Shown here: one piece after another, positions 48,422 through 62,700 of the stretch | Layout of the letters: every line of letters starts with the position of its first letter | How positions within the stretch are numbered: the stretch's first letter is position 1 | Origin: Lingula anatina | Taxonomy: Eukaryota > Animalia > Brachiopoda | Length of the DNA: 64,000 nt | Reading direction: 5' to 3' | Assembly: GCA_051362555.1 (NCBI GenBank) | Contig: CM120641.1 | Coordinates: forward strand, 3,286,001 to 3,350,000 | Position numbers and translations under genes: made by a program | Notes under the pieces: model-generated | What the model saw: only the letters and a program-made list of their open reading frames with translations | Told to the model about the DNA's origin: nothing | The model's database searches: none

Positions 48422-49783
48422 ATGGAATCCCCTGGACCACCACCAAGAATATCCAGCGCCACAAGTCCACATCATTTGTGTGACGAGTTACAAAAGATGA
48501 AAAACGAATGTGAACCAGTATCGCTGAAACGGGACCACGATTTGGTGCCGGTTGCGGGATACAGGCCGACCTATCGTGCAATATTAGCGAGGAGGGGATA
48601 TTTAGTCAGAGAAACGCTGGGAAGCGGCTCCTACTCAAAAGTGAAGTTTGCTCTTGCCTTTCGGAGATCGGTCAATGAAAAAGTTGCCGTGAAGATAATA
48701 GATAAACAGCTAGCGCCTGTAGATTTCCAACTGAAGTTTTTACCCAGAGAAATGCAAATCTGGCCTAGTCTGTCTCATCCTCATATAGTTAAAATGTTAG
48801 AACAATTTGAAAACAACAATAGAATCTTTATGATACTTGAATACGCTGACAATGGGGATATGCTAAAATTTATACAGAAGAAAGGGGCAATATCCGAAAG
48901 CAAGACTTTTGTATGGATGCGCCAAGTGTCTGATGCCGTGCGGTATTTACACGAACAGGGAATAAGTCACAGGGACCTGAAATTGGAAAATTTGTTGTTG
49001 GATTCTAACATGAATATGAAAATTTGCGACTTTGGGTTTGCGAAGCCGGAGAGTATGAAGGAACTCAGCAAGACCTACTGCGGGTCTAAGGCATATGCTG
49101 CTCCTGAGATCCTTATAGGGTTACCCTACCAACCGTTCAAGGCAGATGTTTGGGCACTTGGTAAGTTGAAGTTTTCTTCTTCTACACTGTAAATAGATAA
49201 ATAAATAAATAAATAATGAGAAAAATCGAAATGTTGCGTATTCAAATACAATTCACTAACAGCAGTTTTTTTCACTGAAAAGGCATGAAGAAACAATTTG
49301 AGAAGTATACAGTTGGAAAAAAAATTTGTGAAAAAAATTCCCATTACTGAGTAAAGGTCATGTCGTTAAAAAAATACGTCGATTTTTATTTGTTCATAAT
49401 TAGGAGTGATTTTATACATCATGGTCACCGGGAAAATGCCGTTCGACGAGAGCAAAGGGAATTCCAGTCTTCTGGACGAACATCGGCGACTATCTCTTTA
49501 CTGGCCAGGCAGGCAGAGGAAAGTTTCGTTGCAGGTTGTTGCTCTTGTCAAATATGCATTTACCTTTGACTACAGAAGACGACCAAACATACAAGAATTC
49601 ATTTCACATCCATGGTTTTCTCACCAAGCCTTTCGGCTGCTGGGATCGAACGGAGACACCCGAGTCCGAACGAGGTCAAGGTGTAAAAATCAACAAGTGA
49701 GTGCTGAGAGTGAAGAAAGAGCCGCTTGTCAGAGTCCACGAAAAGAAGATGGAGACACAGCAGAGCGTCTGGTCGCACCATAA
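48422..49783 (+). CDS. Testis-specific serine/threonine kinase (TSSK family), 2 exons, about 372 aa
   Basis: Exons 48422-49160 and 49404-49783 join in phase 1 (DVWAL-G-VILYIMVTGKMPFD). Motifs LGSGSYSKVK, VAVKIID, KFLPRE, HRDLKLENLLL, DFGFAK and LSKTYCGSKAYAAPE are characteristic of TSSKs. The paralog cannot be assigned. Confidence 0.9.
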
Positions 49784-50706
49784 AAACATAAAAGGCGAGT
49801 CAGAATTGTTACAGATTACAGTTACTGGGCCACAGAAGACGGCTGAGCAGAAAAGGGCTGGATGTCATTTTATAAAATACGTGTGGTAGTTTTGTTAAGA
49901 GAAATATTTATCTATGTTTTTTGTGATAAAAATCTACTTTCTAATCATATTTACAGCAATACGTTTTATGGAATACTATCATCTTTATCCGACGTATTCC
50001 CAAAAGGTGAAAATTTTATATAAAATGTAAAGGATGTGCCTTTTAAGTATAGTGGTGAATACTTTTTAGAATTGAAATATTTTATATCTTCATACACATG
50101 AAACTTCTTTAAGAATTTTACCTGAAAAAAATACAGTCTCAGAATTTTGGTTTATAAATTTATTCTATACATCATTATAAATGTATTATAATAAAGCGAA
50201 ATAAATAAAATGAACAAATGTTGTGTACCTTTTTTCACAAAACTTCTACAAAAACATGAAAACAATACAATTTTCAAAGCTAAAATAAGACTACTATATG
50301 AAGTACTACCAAACACTAAGTCATGCAGAGAAATCAGTTACAGTTACAGTTACTTTGCACCACTGAATGATATTTTTCTGTAAATTGACATCATAAAAAC
50401 AATTTGCCATATATATATCATTTCTTCTTAAAATAAATAGAACACATATAAACCCCTGCACTTGTATCAAAGATTATTTTGAAAAAAAAATGCAAATTCA
50501 TTAAGACAAAACTATTTACACACAACTTTACTAGCAAATAAAATATTACAGGTATTGTTATCTTGAATATACATTTATGGTAATTAAAAAAAGTTGCTCA
50601 CAAATATTTTATAAAAGAGTTCTGACTTCTGAAAGTTGTCCAATGGAATATTTTTAACTTTAATCTGTCAGTTGAGACATCAGCCAAGCCTGTCAGTCAA
50701 GAAATG

Positions 50707-51760
50707 TTAGCATTCAATTCCAAACTTGTCAAAATTCCTCAGGATGATCCCTAAATGTAAGTGAACTTTTCCCATGGCAACAGTTGATAATGTAAACCTG
50801 TTGTTACCATTGTATACAAAGTCTGGGTCTCTCAACTGGGGTCCCCCACCAAGGAAAAACTGTGAAATCTGTTCCCTGAATGTCCCCTTTGGCATCCATG
50901 TTGGACATTCTATGTCATGAATTCCTGGTGACATTGGTATGTGACAGAAACCATATCCGTAAAGTTCATTTCTACCGTAACTGTCCTGATGCCACACTTG
51001 GAAGTGTATTTTTGGCCAGCCTGAAAATGATTTGTAGAAAATATGCATCAGCTGATATTTTACATGCAGAAAAAAAATTGACAAAAATTTTAATCAATTA
51101 TGCTGGTAATACAAATAGCAGTAACTGAAATTATAATCAAAATAATAATATTTGTAATATTGTTCTCATGCTTAAATTAGTCTGAGTTTGGTCTTCAAAT
51201 ACCCATTCCCTCTAGTTCAACTGCACAATGTGACAGAGAGTGTACCTTGTAATCCTTTGGTGGCAAAGTGGATGTCTATAGGATGGCACCAGTGGGTTAT
51301 TTCATCATCCTGTGGGTTGTCAACCTGGGTTTGTCCTTCTTTCAACCCTGCCAGTACTCTCCAGGCACTACCTGCAAACATACCACATTAAGAATGATCT
51401 GTCAATGACAATTAGTGTGAGATTCCAGACACACTACTACATGCATATGAAGTCTTAAGTGGAAATATGTGAAAAGAAAGTGATGAAAATTGTTTGGCTG
51501 TTCAAACACAGTTTTTAAAACCTTGTTATTGTTAGACAAGTTTGCGTAATATAACTTTTTCAAATCTGTTTCTTTAAATATGAAATAAATTTTCTTGGTT
51601 TTAATCTAACAACGCAAGTAATTTTTGCCCAAGTATTAATTTAGCAATAACTTTACATATTGGCTTAGTTACCTGTGTGAATACCCCATTTGCAAAATAA
51701 ACTTTGGTCAGGAAAACCAGTGGCACCAATCACCTGCCCAATCACATGGACTTCTGCCAT
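50707..51760 (-). CDS. B9D2: B9 domain-containing protein 2 (ciliary transition-zone MKS module), 3 coding exons, 175 aa
   Basis: Exons 51673-51760, 51246-51371 and 50707-51020: [49 protein letters not shown]...[44 protein letters not shown]...[11 protein letters not shown]. Confidence 0.97.
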
Positions 51761-52391
51761 CCCCAAACTGTTACAGGATCTGTCTGTTGACTGTGCTAAC
51801 TCTCCTATTATAAAGAATTTGGGTGTCTTACATTATAAATTATTTAGTAATTGCTGTACTAAAAACGGGACAATGTAAACTTAGACTGAAAATCAACCAG
51901 GATAACAAGGAATATTAGTATAAAAACCGCAAACCAATACAAATAACACAGTCGATTGTTAAAACAAATTTTTAAGATTGTCATTGGAAAAGACAGTTCA
52001 GATTTGAATGACTAAATTACAGCATTCGTTTTCGTATTAAACTTACATTAACTTGGAGCAGGTTCCCCTGTTATCGTTCTATTATAAAAACTTTACTAAA
52101 ATCGCAGTTTCTCATACGACATTTTTTGAATACTGCACATCACCAGTACATATAATTGTCATTTTTTGTTGCTGCAAATATGTTGTTAGTCACCTTCACC
52201 TTTCAAAGCGACGATAGAGGGCTCTTTGAAAGACAAGCGTGTACTCGTATACTGAGTATACTGACGGTTGATTATATTTATTGAAATTATTTAAGAAATA
52301 AATGTGCAGTACTAGACAAAAATAAAAAATTGGCCCAAAATCATAATAATGATGACTGTTTTATGTCAATAGATATATTGTGAGTCTTCCA

Positions 52392-52498
52392 TTTTAGCGC
52401 CCTCTATTGTCGAATATATCCGCGCCAGATTTCAGCGGGAAGTTTTTCGTAGAGGTTTTGTTATTATTCTAATTTTATGTGCGACCTGCTATTTTGAA
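52392..52498 (+). promoter_or_regulatory. E2F-like and CHR-like motifs in the B9D2/Claspin bidirectional promoter
   Basis: TTTTAGCGCC (about 52392), CCGCGCCA (about 52420), GCGGGAA (about 52435) and TTTGAA (52493-52498) just upstream of the Claspin start; consistent with a cell-cycle gene. Confidence 0.5.
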
Positions 52499-52559
52499 CC
52501 AACAGATGAGCTGTATCTACTAACACCGAAAATTTGGCACAAAACTGGAATCCTCGGAA

Positions 52560-55500
52560 ATGCTTGGAGCTCCAGAGCACGTTGTTAATGAGGTAAAGAA
52601 GGGACCCAAGTGTTTGGGTATGCCCCATAAAATTATTAATTATAATATTATATAGTCTTTAATTTTCTATGTTTTCTCAGCGTGGTGACCTTCATCAGTC
52701 AACAAAAAACTAAACTGAAAAAAATTGAAAAAATCATTGAAAATCAAAGACCTCTAATTTTGGGGCATAATTGTAAATTAGATTCTACCCATTAAAATTC
52801 TTAATTTACTGCCTGGATAACATTGAAATGTTTCAGTAAGTAAATTTGATTTGATGTTTATCATTTGAAAGAGAAATAAAAGTAGAATAAGATGGCTATT
52901 CTATTTGTGCAACCACATTTCATCTCGGGATATTTATTTGTCATTAGTAGAACAACTTTTTATTAAAATATATGATACTACGGTAGGTACTGTAAATATG
53001 CCTCTGCGTAAAATTTCAAGTATATCTGTTGGGATGTTGAGTCCAAGTTTTGTTAGTAGGTTAACATAGTTGATATAATGGTGAGATTGTTTTTGTAAGT
53101 GGTTTTAATATATGATTAAACAGGTGCCACTCCCTGGTGCTGCTGAAGATAGTGATGATGATGATGAGATTATCTTGAAGAAAACCAGAAAGACCATCAA
53201 ACCAGCCATATTTGACAGTGATGAGGAGGATGAAGGTTGCCCACCAGATTCTTTACAAGAAAATTTGGACACTCAAGTCCAGAAAACCGACCAGGAAGAA
53301 GGGACAGGTATGCATATTATGATTTGCTACATTTTCAGAATTTTAATTGATCAACATATGCTACTTTCATATAAACTGTTAACATGTTTTATGCAGAATT
53401 GACATTGTTGGTATGATTTTTCTCTTATATTTTCCTTGAGCATTCTGTTCAATTTATATTTTAGATCCCAAGGAAGATGCAGGTTCAGAGAGTGAACAGG
53501 AAGATAAATCTGAGAGTGATAAAACTGATGGTGATATTGAGATGAAAGAAAATACAAGTTCTGTTACAAAGGTGTGTTTTTAAGGCACGGGCACATTTAA
53601 TAAAAACAGGACTATATTGATGACAGTCAGTCAGAATAAACAATAATCACATGGGTTGCATTTGAAGTACTTTCAGGATTATCAAATCTAGAAAAAAAAA
53701 CAATTTGGTGGGAGAGTGTCACAGAATTTTTTTTTTTTTTTATTTATTTATTTTATTTTATTTTATTTTTTTTTTTTTTGACACTTGCCTTTTTGAGCAG
53801 GAAAAGACTACCAAAGTTAATGCATGTTAAAGGGCATACTTGGCATTTTTAAGCACTTGCCAGCACAAAAAATATTGACAAATAAACAAGTAATTAACCT
53901 GTGCCTAATGTGTCTCAATATCAGTAAGTAAATGAAAACACTTGAATTGAAAGTGGTTGATGTATTTTTCAGCTGTCAAGAATTCTGCAGCCAGACCTGA
54001 TTGACAGTGAAGGGGAGAGTGAGGATGAAGGAAACACAGGTGAAATTTATCTTCTTATATTAGAAAAGTGGAAATAAATTATTAAAGATCAAAAGACTGT
54101 TTTGTTCAGTCAAGCAGCTTTTTAGGAAATTTAATTTTTATGTACAGACACAGATGTGTCTGTACATATTGCCATCACCTGCGTCTGTCGTCGCCGTCGC
54201 CGTCCCTGTCGCCGTCGCCGTCGCCGTCGCCGTGCACTTTCATCGTTAACACGATAAGTGGAAGACAGTTTTACTTTTTGGCTGTATATTTACAGAGCTG
54301 TTGAATATTCATAAAACGCAGGTCAAGTTCGAAAATCAGCATGTTTAGGCCATTATTGTAGAAGTTATGCTGTTTTTTCACTTTTCAGCATATATGCAAC
54401 ACTGTTAACACATTTTAAGGAAAACCGATAGGCCTGTTGTCATTATACTCACAGGAGTAATCAATCTCACTAAAATGCAGGTCAAGTTCGAAAATCAGCA
54501 TTATCGGGCCATTATTTTAGAAGTTATGCTTTTTTTTCACATTTCCTCAAATTCAATTCTTAGGCATGTTAATAGTCTCATTATTTAACTAATAAAATAC
54601 GTAAAGGTGTTTGTTTCACATTTCCTGCATCTTCACAACATTGTTAGTTGATTATGTAAAAATGATGGTAAAATTGTTATCGTGTTTTGTGTAATAAAGT
54701 GTCAAAAATGGAAATAAACTCATATTATTGCAGTTTGTCAGATTCAATCATCCACTATGTTCAGAATCTCAGAATAGAGGAAATTGGACATTTAACACTG
54801 TTGTATTGATATTTTCCCCATCTCATCAATTTTCTTAGTTGATCATATAAAAATGGCAGTAAACTGTTAATTTTGTTTTATGTTAAAAAAGAGTTAAAAA
54901 TGGAAAAAACCCATTTCAGAACAGTGCTGTCTTGTTTACTTTTTGGCATTTTCAAGATGTGACTTTGAAGTTCCATGGTCCTGAAGACCTTTGCTAGTCA
55001 CATTTTCTGAATATCCATGATACTAATATTTTATTATTAAAAATTGATGGTCATTATGCTGTTAAACATTATGTAATGTTGCATCAAAATTTGAAGAAAC
55101 CCCAATTTTGGGTACTGCTCCCATGATGACCATTTAAGGAAAACCATGTCACTTACTGTTCTCAAACTTACAGGAAAGAAACATGGGACTAAAATCAACT
55201 TCAGTGGGCAATGCAGACTGTTTGGTAAATTATTCTGGCAGTTAAACATTTTTTTGTAAAAAATTTAATTTTTCACATATTGGCATTTCCAAGGTGTGAC
55301 TTAGAACCACCACAGGCTTAAAGACCCATGCTAGTCACATTTTCTGAAAATCCATGATACGTATATTTTATTATTAAAAATTGATGGTCATTATGCTGTT
55401 AAGCATTATATAATATTGCATCAAAATAGAAGGAAACACAATTTTGGGTGCTGCTGCCATGATGACCATTATGGGTAAATCATCTTACTTATGATTGTCA

Positions 55501-58500
55501 AACTTTCAAAACAGAAACACAGGACTAAATTGCAGCCGAGTTGGAAAAGCAGTCTGATTTGCTTCTTTTTCTTGCAGTTACACATTTTAGTGAAATATTC
55601 ATTTTTATCATGTTGGCATATTCATTGTGGGACTCAGAGCTCCCATGGACATAAAGCCGAATGGTAACCAAATTTTCTACATGTCCATGCTATTTATAGT
55701 CAATAATTGGTGGTAATTATTCTGTAATTGATTATGTAATGTTACATCAAAATTGACAAAAATGTACTGCTACTACATGAAAAGAAAACTGTGTTACTTA
55801 TTATTATTATTTTTAACTTACAAGTATTATTTGTAGGATTGGCATGCAGTTCAAATTAGAAAGCCAGCTCAATTGGGTTATCATTTATTATTGAATTTAT
55901 GCAATTTTGTGTAAAATTTTCATTTTTCTTATTCTGGCACTTTCAAAGTGTGAACTCTCATGGGCCTGAAGCCTTATGCTTGTTTCACATTTTACTTACA
56001 TTGGTATTACCTGTTGAGCATAACTAAAATTTGATGTTGAATTTGCAGGTAAGCATAATGTTACTTTTGTATCAGAATTGACAGTAGCCTATTTTTGTGC
56101 ATTGTTGTTTTCTGCTTTTTGTCTGTACATTTGACAGCTTTGCTGCCTTGTTTGAAAAGTAACCTAACTCTAATATCATTGACTCATGAACAGCTTATTT
56201 TTATATTTATTTATTTATTAATATATAATATATTATAACACTGAGAAAATCGGTTCAAAACTTTGTTTTATTCTCCTTTTAAATAAAATTTTGATTACAG
56301 AAGCAAAAAGTCAACCACAGGAGTCTGATCAAAGTGAAAGTAGTGATGAGGAAGATGACCAAACAAACAAACCCCTTAATCCAAAATTTAACTTAAAGGG
56401 GGTAAGACCTTATAAAATGCTTAAGACAAAAAAAAAATTATAATAATAAAAAGCAACCAAATTTTACAAATTTATCAGATTAGATGTTCTGAGTGCAATA
56501 CCTTACCAATAATAGGTAGTGTTCATTTAGGATGGAATATCTTGATAATTTTGATACTCTTTTTTTCAGGGTGCTTCTAAAGTACCTGCTGGGCCAAGGA
56601 AGCAGAGTAAAAGTAATCTTGATGTTCATAGTGAAACACAGAGAATAGTAAGAGGTATCTAAAATACTGTCTAAATTTATTTAGTTTTCAAAGAGAATAT
56701 ATACTGAAAATAAATGTTATGAGAAAGGAAGGCAATTTTTCTGTATGATACACCATTTACTAGTACTCATATTGACTCAAAATGATATATGAACATTTAT
56801 TTTATAGAGGTGTATTGTAATGAATATCTGATGTTACTTAGTATGGGAGTAATCCTGCACTTATCGACCTATTTTTGTTGTAGCATAATACTTGACTGTA
56901 AATTGTTTTTCAGAATCAGCAGTGCGTATTCCCTATCACAAACCTAAACCTCTGTCTTTACAAGCCTTGCTTAACAAGACTCAGCAAAAACAGCAACAGC
57001 TTCAAGCAGTAAAAGGGCCATTGTGGTAAGTAAATATTAAGAAAATAGTCATTAAAAGTCCTCTATTAATGAGCATACGTGAGAAAGATTATGATGAATG
57101 CTTCTTTTTCCAATTTATTCTTTTGAATAATACTCATACCTTGGTACATATTTTTCAACTTGAAATAAAAAAAAAACTTAATGAAAATTTTATATTTTTC
57201 TTTTACTTGAAGTAAATTTTAATTATCACATTTTCAGGGTAAAAATTTTAAGACAGTTGTATAACGGTACTTATGATCTTGGATATAGTTTTAAACAGTT
57301 ATACACTTGTCCGTTTAGGAAACTCCCTCCCAGTAAATTACCACAGATTCCAATGACAACTTGCCTACCTGATGATGAAGAGGAAAAGGTGGAGAAACCT
57401 GAAGCTGAAAACCAAAACACAGAGGAACAAATAACAGGAACATTATTAACAGACACAAATAATGACAAAAAAGAAAGAAATGACGTTGATGAAGAAGAAT
57501 TACCTGATTTGGTTCAAACTGAGAGAAGAGCATGTGAAGAGCAAAGAGACCAGGGGCAATGTGAATCTAGTGATATTAATATGAAAGACAATGATTTAAT
57601 GAGTGAACAGGCCAAAAGTGAGGTGGTTCCAGATCAACCTCTGTTAAATCCCAGATCATCTGACGCATTAATCAGTGGTGGTAACTCAGATAGTGAACCA
57701 AAAGAGTTGGACTCCGGAATTGAAATATCCCCTATTTCTTCTGAAGATGATTCCAACTGCTCAAATAAAGACCAATCTAAACAGACGCATACTCCCCAAG
57801 TAGTTGAAAATCTGGACAAGAACCCTTCTGCAAATGCGGACAAGTCCGTCAGCCTGACTCCTAAATCAACACAAAAAAGAAGTACCTTAACACCAAAATT
57901 GTCAGCACTACATGTTGATTTAAAGAACACACCTAAATTAAGTGGAGGTGCTGGGGCAGACTTTATAGACCTTGGAGAGGATGTGTCCTTAAAGGTGAAG
58001 CGCCCAGGTGTAGACAAGTTGATGGAAAGGCTGATACAACATTCTGCAAAAAGGGCTGCTAAGCCCAAGAGAGAAATGGAAGTTAGGTATGTGTGGAAAT
58101 GAAAATTTGATAAATGATCTTGTTGTTACTGCAGCTTTTCTTTTAGAGGTTTAATTGTTGTCTTATTGACTTATAAAAATGTATTTAGAATCATGTTTTC
58201 ATACCCCATGTGAGATGTAGGTTTATGTGAAACTGTGGATTATCATAAAGGATGCTAAGATCAAGTTTACACAGTTGTAAGTTTACTGTTATTATTTGAA
58301 TACATTGCAGCACCGTCACAAAAGAAGTCACAGGCAATAACCAAGAGGAATTAAAACTAAACAAATTCACCATTACTCTGGAGGCAGAGGAAGAACCAGA
58401 TGAACTGAAAAAACCAGGTTAGAATGTAAAAAAAAATCATAAAATGATATTTATGACTTTAAGAGGGATACTTGAATATGTAAACATTTATCAGCATATA

Positions 58501-59679
58501 AAAATAAGGTATTTGGCATTGCATTTACTTGAATTCAAATTTAAGTTGCAACCTAAACAGTTTTGTTTATTATTTATTAGGGGCTAAACTTGTCAAATTA
58601 AGGGAAAAACTACAACTAGGAATTAAGGCAAAAAGGGAAGCTGCAAGACAACAGCGTCAGGAATTATACGAGCTGGAGAATGAGGAAGGTATTGTAAATC
58701 TGCTCAATTACAAATATGAAGGCTGTATTTTTGTTTTCAGTTTTGGCATTGACTTCACTGCATTCAAAAGTTGGTAAATTATAAGAATAGTTTGTAGGAT
58801 GTTTCAGAAAAGATGATCATTTTTTGTTTCTAGTTATTTTCGATTTTTTCTCAATACCATATCAAGTAACAAAATGGTGCCATTGTCATGTTAACTAATT
58901 TCATTTTTGAAATTATTTTTTACAAAAATTCACTGTTGATAATTTAATTTTTGAAATAAAATATGCAACCTTGATACATATGCCTAGGTAATTTTCTATT
59001 TATTTATTTATCGAATCAACAATTCAACCCAAAAACCAACTTCACCTTTGTTAGGGTTTGATACATTTTGCCTGCCCACATTATTTTTAGAAAAGTTAAT
59101 TCTCAATTTGTTAATTCATTCATTCATTCATTCATTGGTTATGTGTCACTGGTCAGGTTACGAGGAGGAGCAAAATGAGGAGGAAGACCTAGAGGCCGAG
59201 TTGACAGACCAGACAGATACTGATGCTGAGGGGGATGAGGATGAAGAGGAAGATATGGAAGAGAATGAAGATTATCTGAATGATGATGAAAAGGACAGAG
59301 AAGTAAGAAATAAGTCATTGTGAAAGTCTAGGGTGGCTAAAATTGTGCTGAAGACCAAAAAAATTACAAAGTGAATAATAAAAGAATACTTTTATCTTCT
59401 TTCTCTCAACCATATGGGTTTCTTTATCAAATGGCATTGACTGTTAAACCTCTTCATTCATCTCCCTGGCTATTATTGTTTTGTGTTAAATCTGCCTCCA
59501 TAAATTTGTTTTATTTATCACAGAGAAATCCATTTGTTGATGAAGAGGCTGAGGATGAAGATGAAGATGATGATGACATGATGGTAGAGGAGGAGGATAT
59601 ACACCTGCACTTGGACCTAGATGATGATAAAGAAAATTCTGGTAAATATTTATACTGTAACAGACTATTCTGTATAAAC

Positions 59680-59722
<43 letters not shown>

Positions 59723-62700
59723 TGCTAAAATTTGATTATTCTTAAAGCAGTATGATCTGAGTCCTTGTTTAGATCTCCTTCTCTCGTTTTCAGATGCACA
59801 AAAAACAAAACCAAAGAAAAAGAAGTCTGAACTCAACAAATCCAAAACTATGGACCTCTTTGCTGACAGCGATGACAGTCAACCTCCCTTAGAAAGTGTT
59901 CAGAATGGTGAGGAATTGAAAACACTGGGGCCCTAATACACTGTTCTCTGGCTTTTTGTGCTTTAGGGCTGTTTTTGTACATGTAATTTTGTATAGTTTT
60001 ATTTTGAAAATTTTGGTATAAAACTTAAACTACTACTACTACTGTGCAGGTGGTCATAAATTACAACATTCAAGCCAGTTTCATTCCACCTGAGTATGTA
60101 GATTAAACATAATATTAAAATATAACTCTACTGTAATTGTAGGAAGAGACACGCCTACTTTGGAAGGGGAACTGATTAGTACACAGCCTGTAGAGGAAGA
60201 TGTCACCCCACAGCATAAAGGTAATATATGGTAGAGGTTTTTTTTTTATTTATTTGTTCTTTTTTTGCTTATATTTTTAGCTGAATATTAACTTTTATTG
60301 CCAGAACTATGATGCATGATAAAATGACGTTTTAATAGCATCTGAATCCAAAGTAAATGACACATGACATTTCCCCAGTATTCACATAGTTATTGCGAGC
60401 CAAGTGTTGCCTTAGGGTGCATTCACAATGTTCTTATTGAACTAGGTAGATCGATCCAACTCCACTGAACACAAATTAACTGAATGACACGCCTTGAGCA
60501 GCAAGGGGTGTACCCTTAGTGTGTGTGTATATATTCATATTATTGTACCACCAGCGTTAGCGCTGGCGGTACACATGGTTTTAGTCCCGTCCGGTCCGTT
60601 CCGCCGGCTCCTGCGGCTCCACCGGCTCCGCCGCCATGTTACCGTTACCGCTTCTCCTCCTAGACGGTAAGGGCCCCCATACCCATCTCTTGGATTTAGG
60701 TCACCTATAATCTCAACTCGTTCCACGTAAAATTTGGGCTTTGTCGGTATTGGGGTCTAGGTGTGGCACTCATTGCAATGCACCCTTGTCCCAAAATGGC
60801 AAAATTAAATGCTAATTATCTACCCTACGGAAGGAATTATGGGAAAAATTTCTACAGACGGCTTTCCAAAAGTCATATGTGTAGATTTCAAATATGCCCT
60901 TGGATTTGACCTTTGACCTTTATTTCAAGGTCAAACAGGCAAAAATTTTCAAAAAAATGAATTTTTTTACGAAAAAAAATTTATTTGCGCTGTTATTCAG
61001 ACACCACACGGACTTAACCAGAAATATTTATGGAAAGTGTTACCCTTGGGGTCATCTATCACCTCTGTAAATATGGGGTCAATCGGTGCATTTTCACGGG
61101 TGTAGCAGCCATAAGATACCGAAACTGGAAACTGTCTCTAATTCAGGAACCGTTAATGCTAGAGACCCATTCTTTTTTGCATTTTGTAGAGCATGTAAAG
61201 CCCAACACTGGAGGTGGTCTCCGTTTTTTTGTATTCCATACGGTTTTCGAGTTACGCTGTATCAAAAAGTACATATTGGTGGTGAAAGCAAAATGTGCAG
61301 TACGGTAATGGATAATAAATTTTGAACCCTGGAAAAATAAAACATAAGGCTTGGCAAAGCAGACAACTTGTGGTCAAAAATGACATTATTTCATCAAATT
61401 TGAACTTCTGGAACTTCAGAGCACCTCCCATTTCAAGAATTTTGACCAAAATGACCTTTTCTTTATTTTAATTAATGTTTTCTATAGGAAATTTATGCCA
61501 CATTAAGGTAACTCCGAAATTATAACATTTAGTCCCTTATATCTCCAAAACTGGCAGAGATAGGTCCATAGTTACAATTGAAGTTGAATAGGAAGTCATA
61601 TACTGGCTATCTAAATGTGACCTTGAATTTGACCTTTGACCTACTTTTCACCATGAATTGAACTTTGCAAATTTTGCTTCCCTTTTATCTCCAAAACTGG
61701 CAGAGATAGGTCCATAGTTACTATTGAAGTTGAATAGGAAGTCATATACTGGCAATCTAAATGTGACCTTGAATTTGACCTTTGACCTACTTTACACCAT
61801 GAACTGAATTTTGCAAATTTTGCTTTCCTTTTATCTCCAAAACTGGCAGAGATAGGTCCGTAGTTACTATTGAACTTGAATAGGAAGTCATATACTGGCA
61901 ATCTATATGTGACCTAAAAATTGACCTTTGACCTACTTTTCACCATGAATTGAACTTTGCAAATTTTGCTTTCCTTTTATCTCCAAAACTGGCAGAGATA
62001 GGTCCATAGTTACTATTGAACTTGAATAGGAAGTCATATACTGGCAATCTAAATGTGACCTTAAAATTGACCTTTGACCTACTTTACACCATGAACTGAA
62101 TTTTGCAAATTTTGCTTTCCTTTTATCTCCAAAACTGGCAGAGATAGGTCCATAGTTACTATTGAACTTGAATAGGAAGTCATATACTGGCAATCTAAAT
62201 GTGACCTTAAAATTGACCTTTGACCTACTTTACACCATGAACTGAATTTTGCAAATTTTGCTTTCCTTTTATCTCCAAAACTGGCAGAGATAGGTCCATA
62301 GTTACTCTTGAACTTGAATAGGAAGTCATATACTGGCAATTTACTGTGACCTTGAAATTGACCCTTGACCTATCTTACGAAGAACTTAAATTTGATTGTA
62401 CCATATATATTTTTTTCAAAAGTTAAAAAATTCTTGTTGATTGCATTTTTACAGCTTGTCAAGCACAAAACTGGTGGCTGTGTCCCTTATTTTGTGTATG
62501 TGGGGGTCTATACGAATGCGCTTGCTCCAGCTGGTGGTACAATATTCGGAGGCGGTATCGCCTCTCTGATCCTCTAGTTCTTTTTTACTTTATTTTTTTC
62601 TTAATGTGATAAATTATTTGGTGATAATTCATGACATCATCAAACTTATTATTTCAGACTCTTTCCGCCCCAGTTTATTCAAAGACAAGGACACCAGCCT

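Noticed and set aside
61641-62339. Three near-identical 86-aa ORFs (MPVYDFLFKF...)
   Set aside because: They are a by-product of the 146-bp tandem repeat inside a non-autonomous element.
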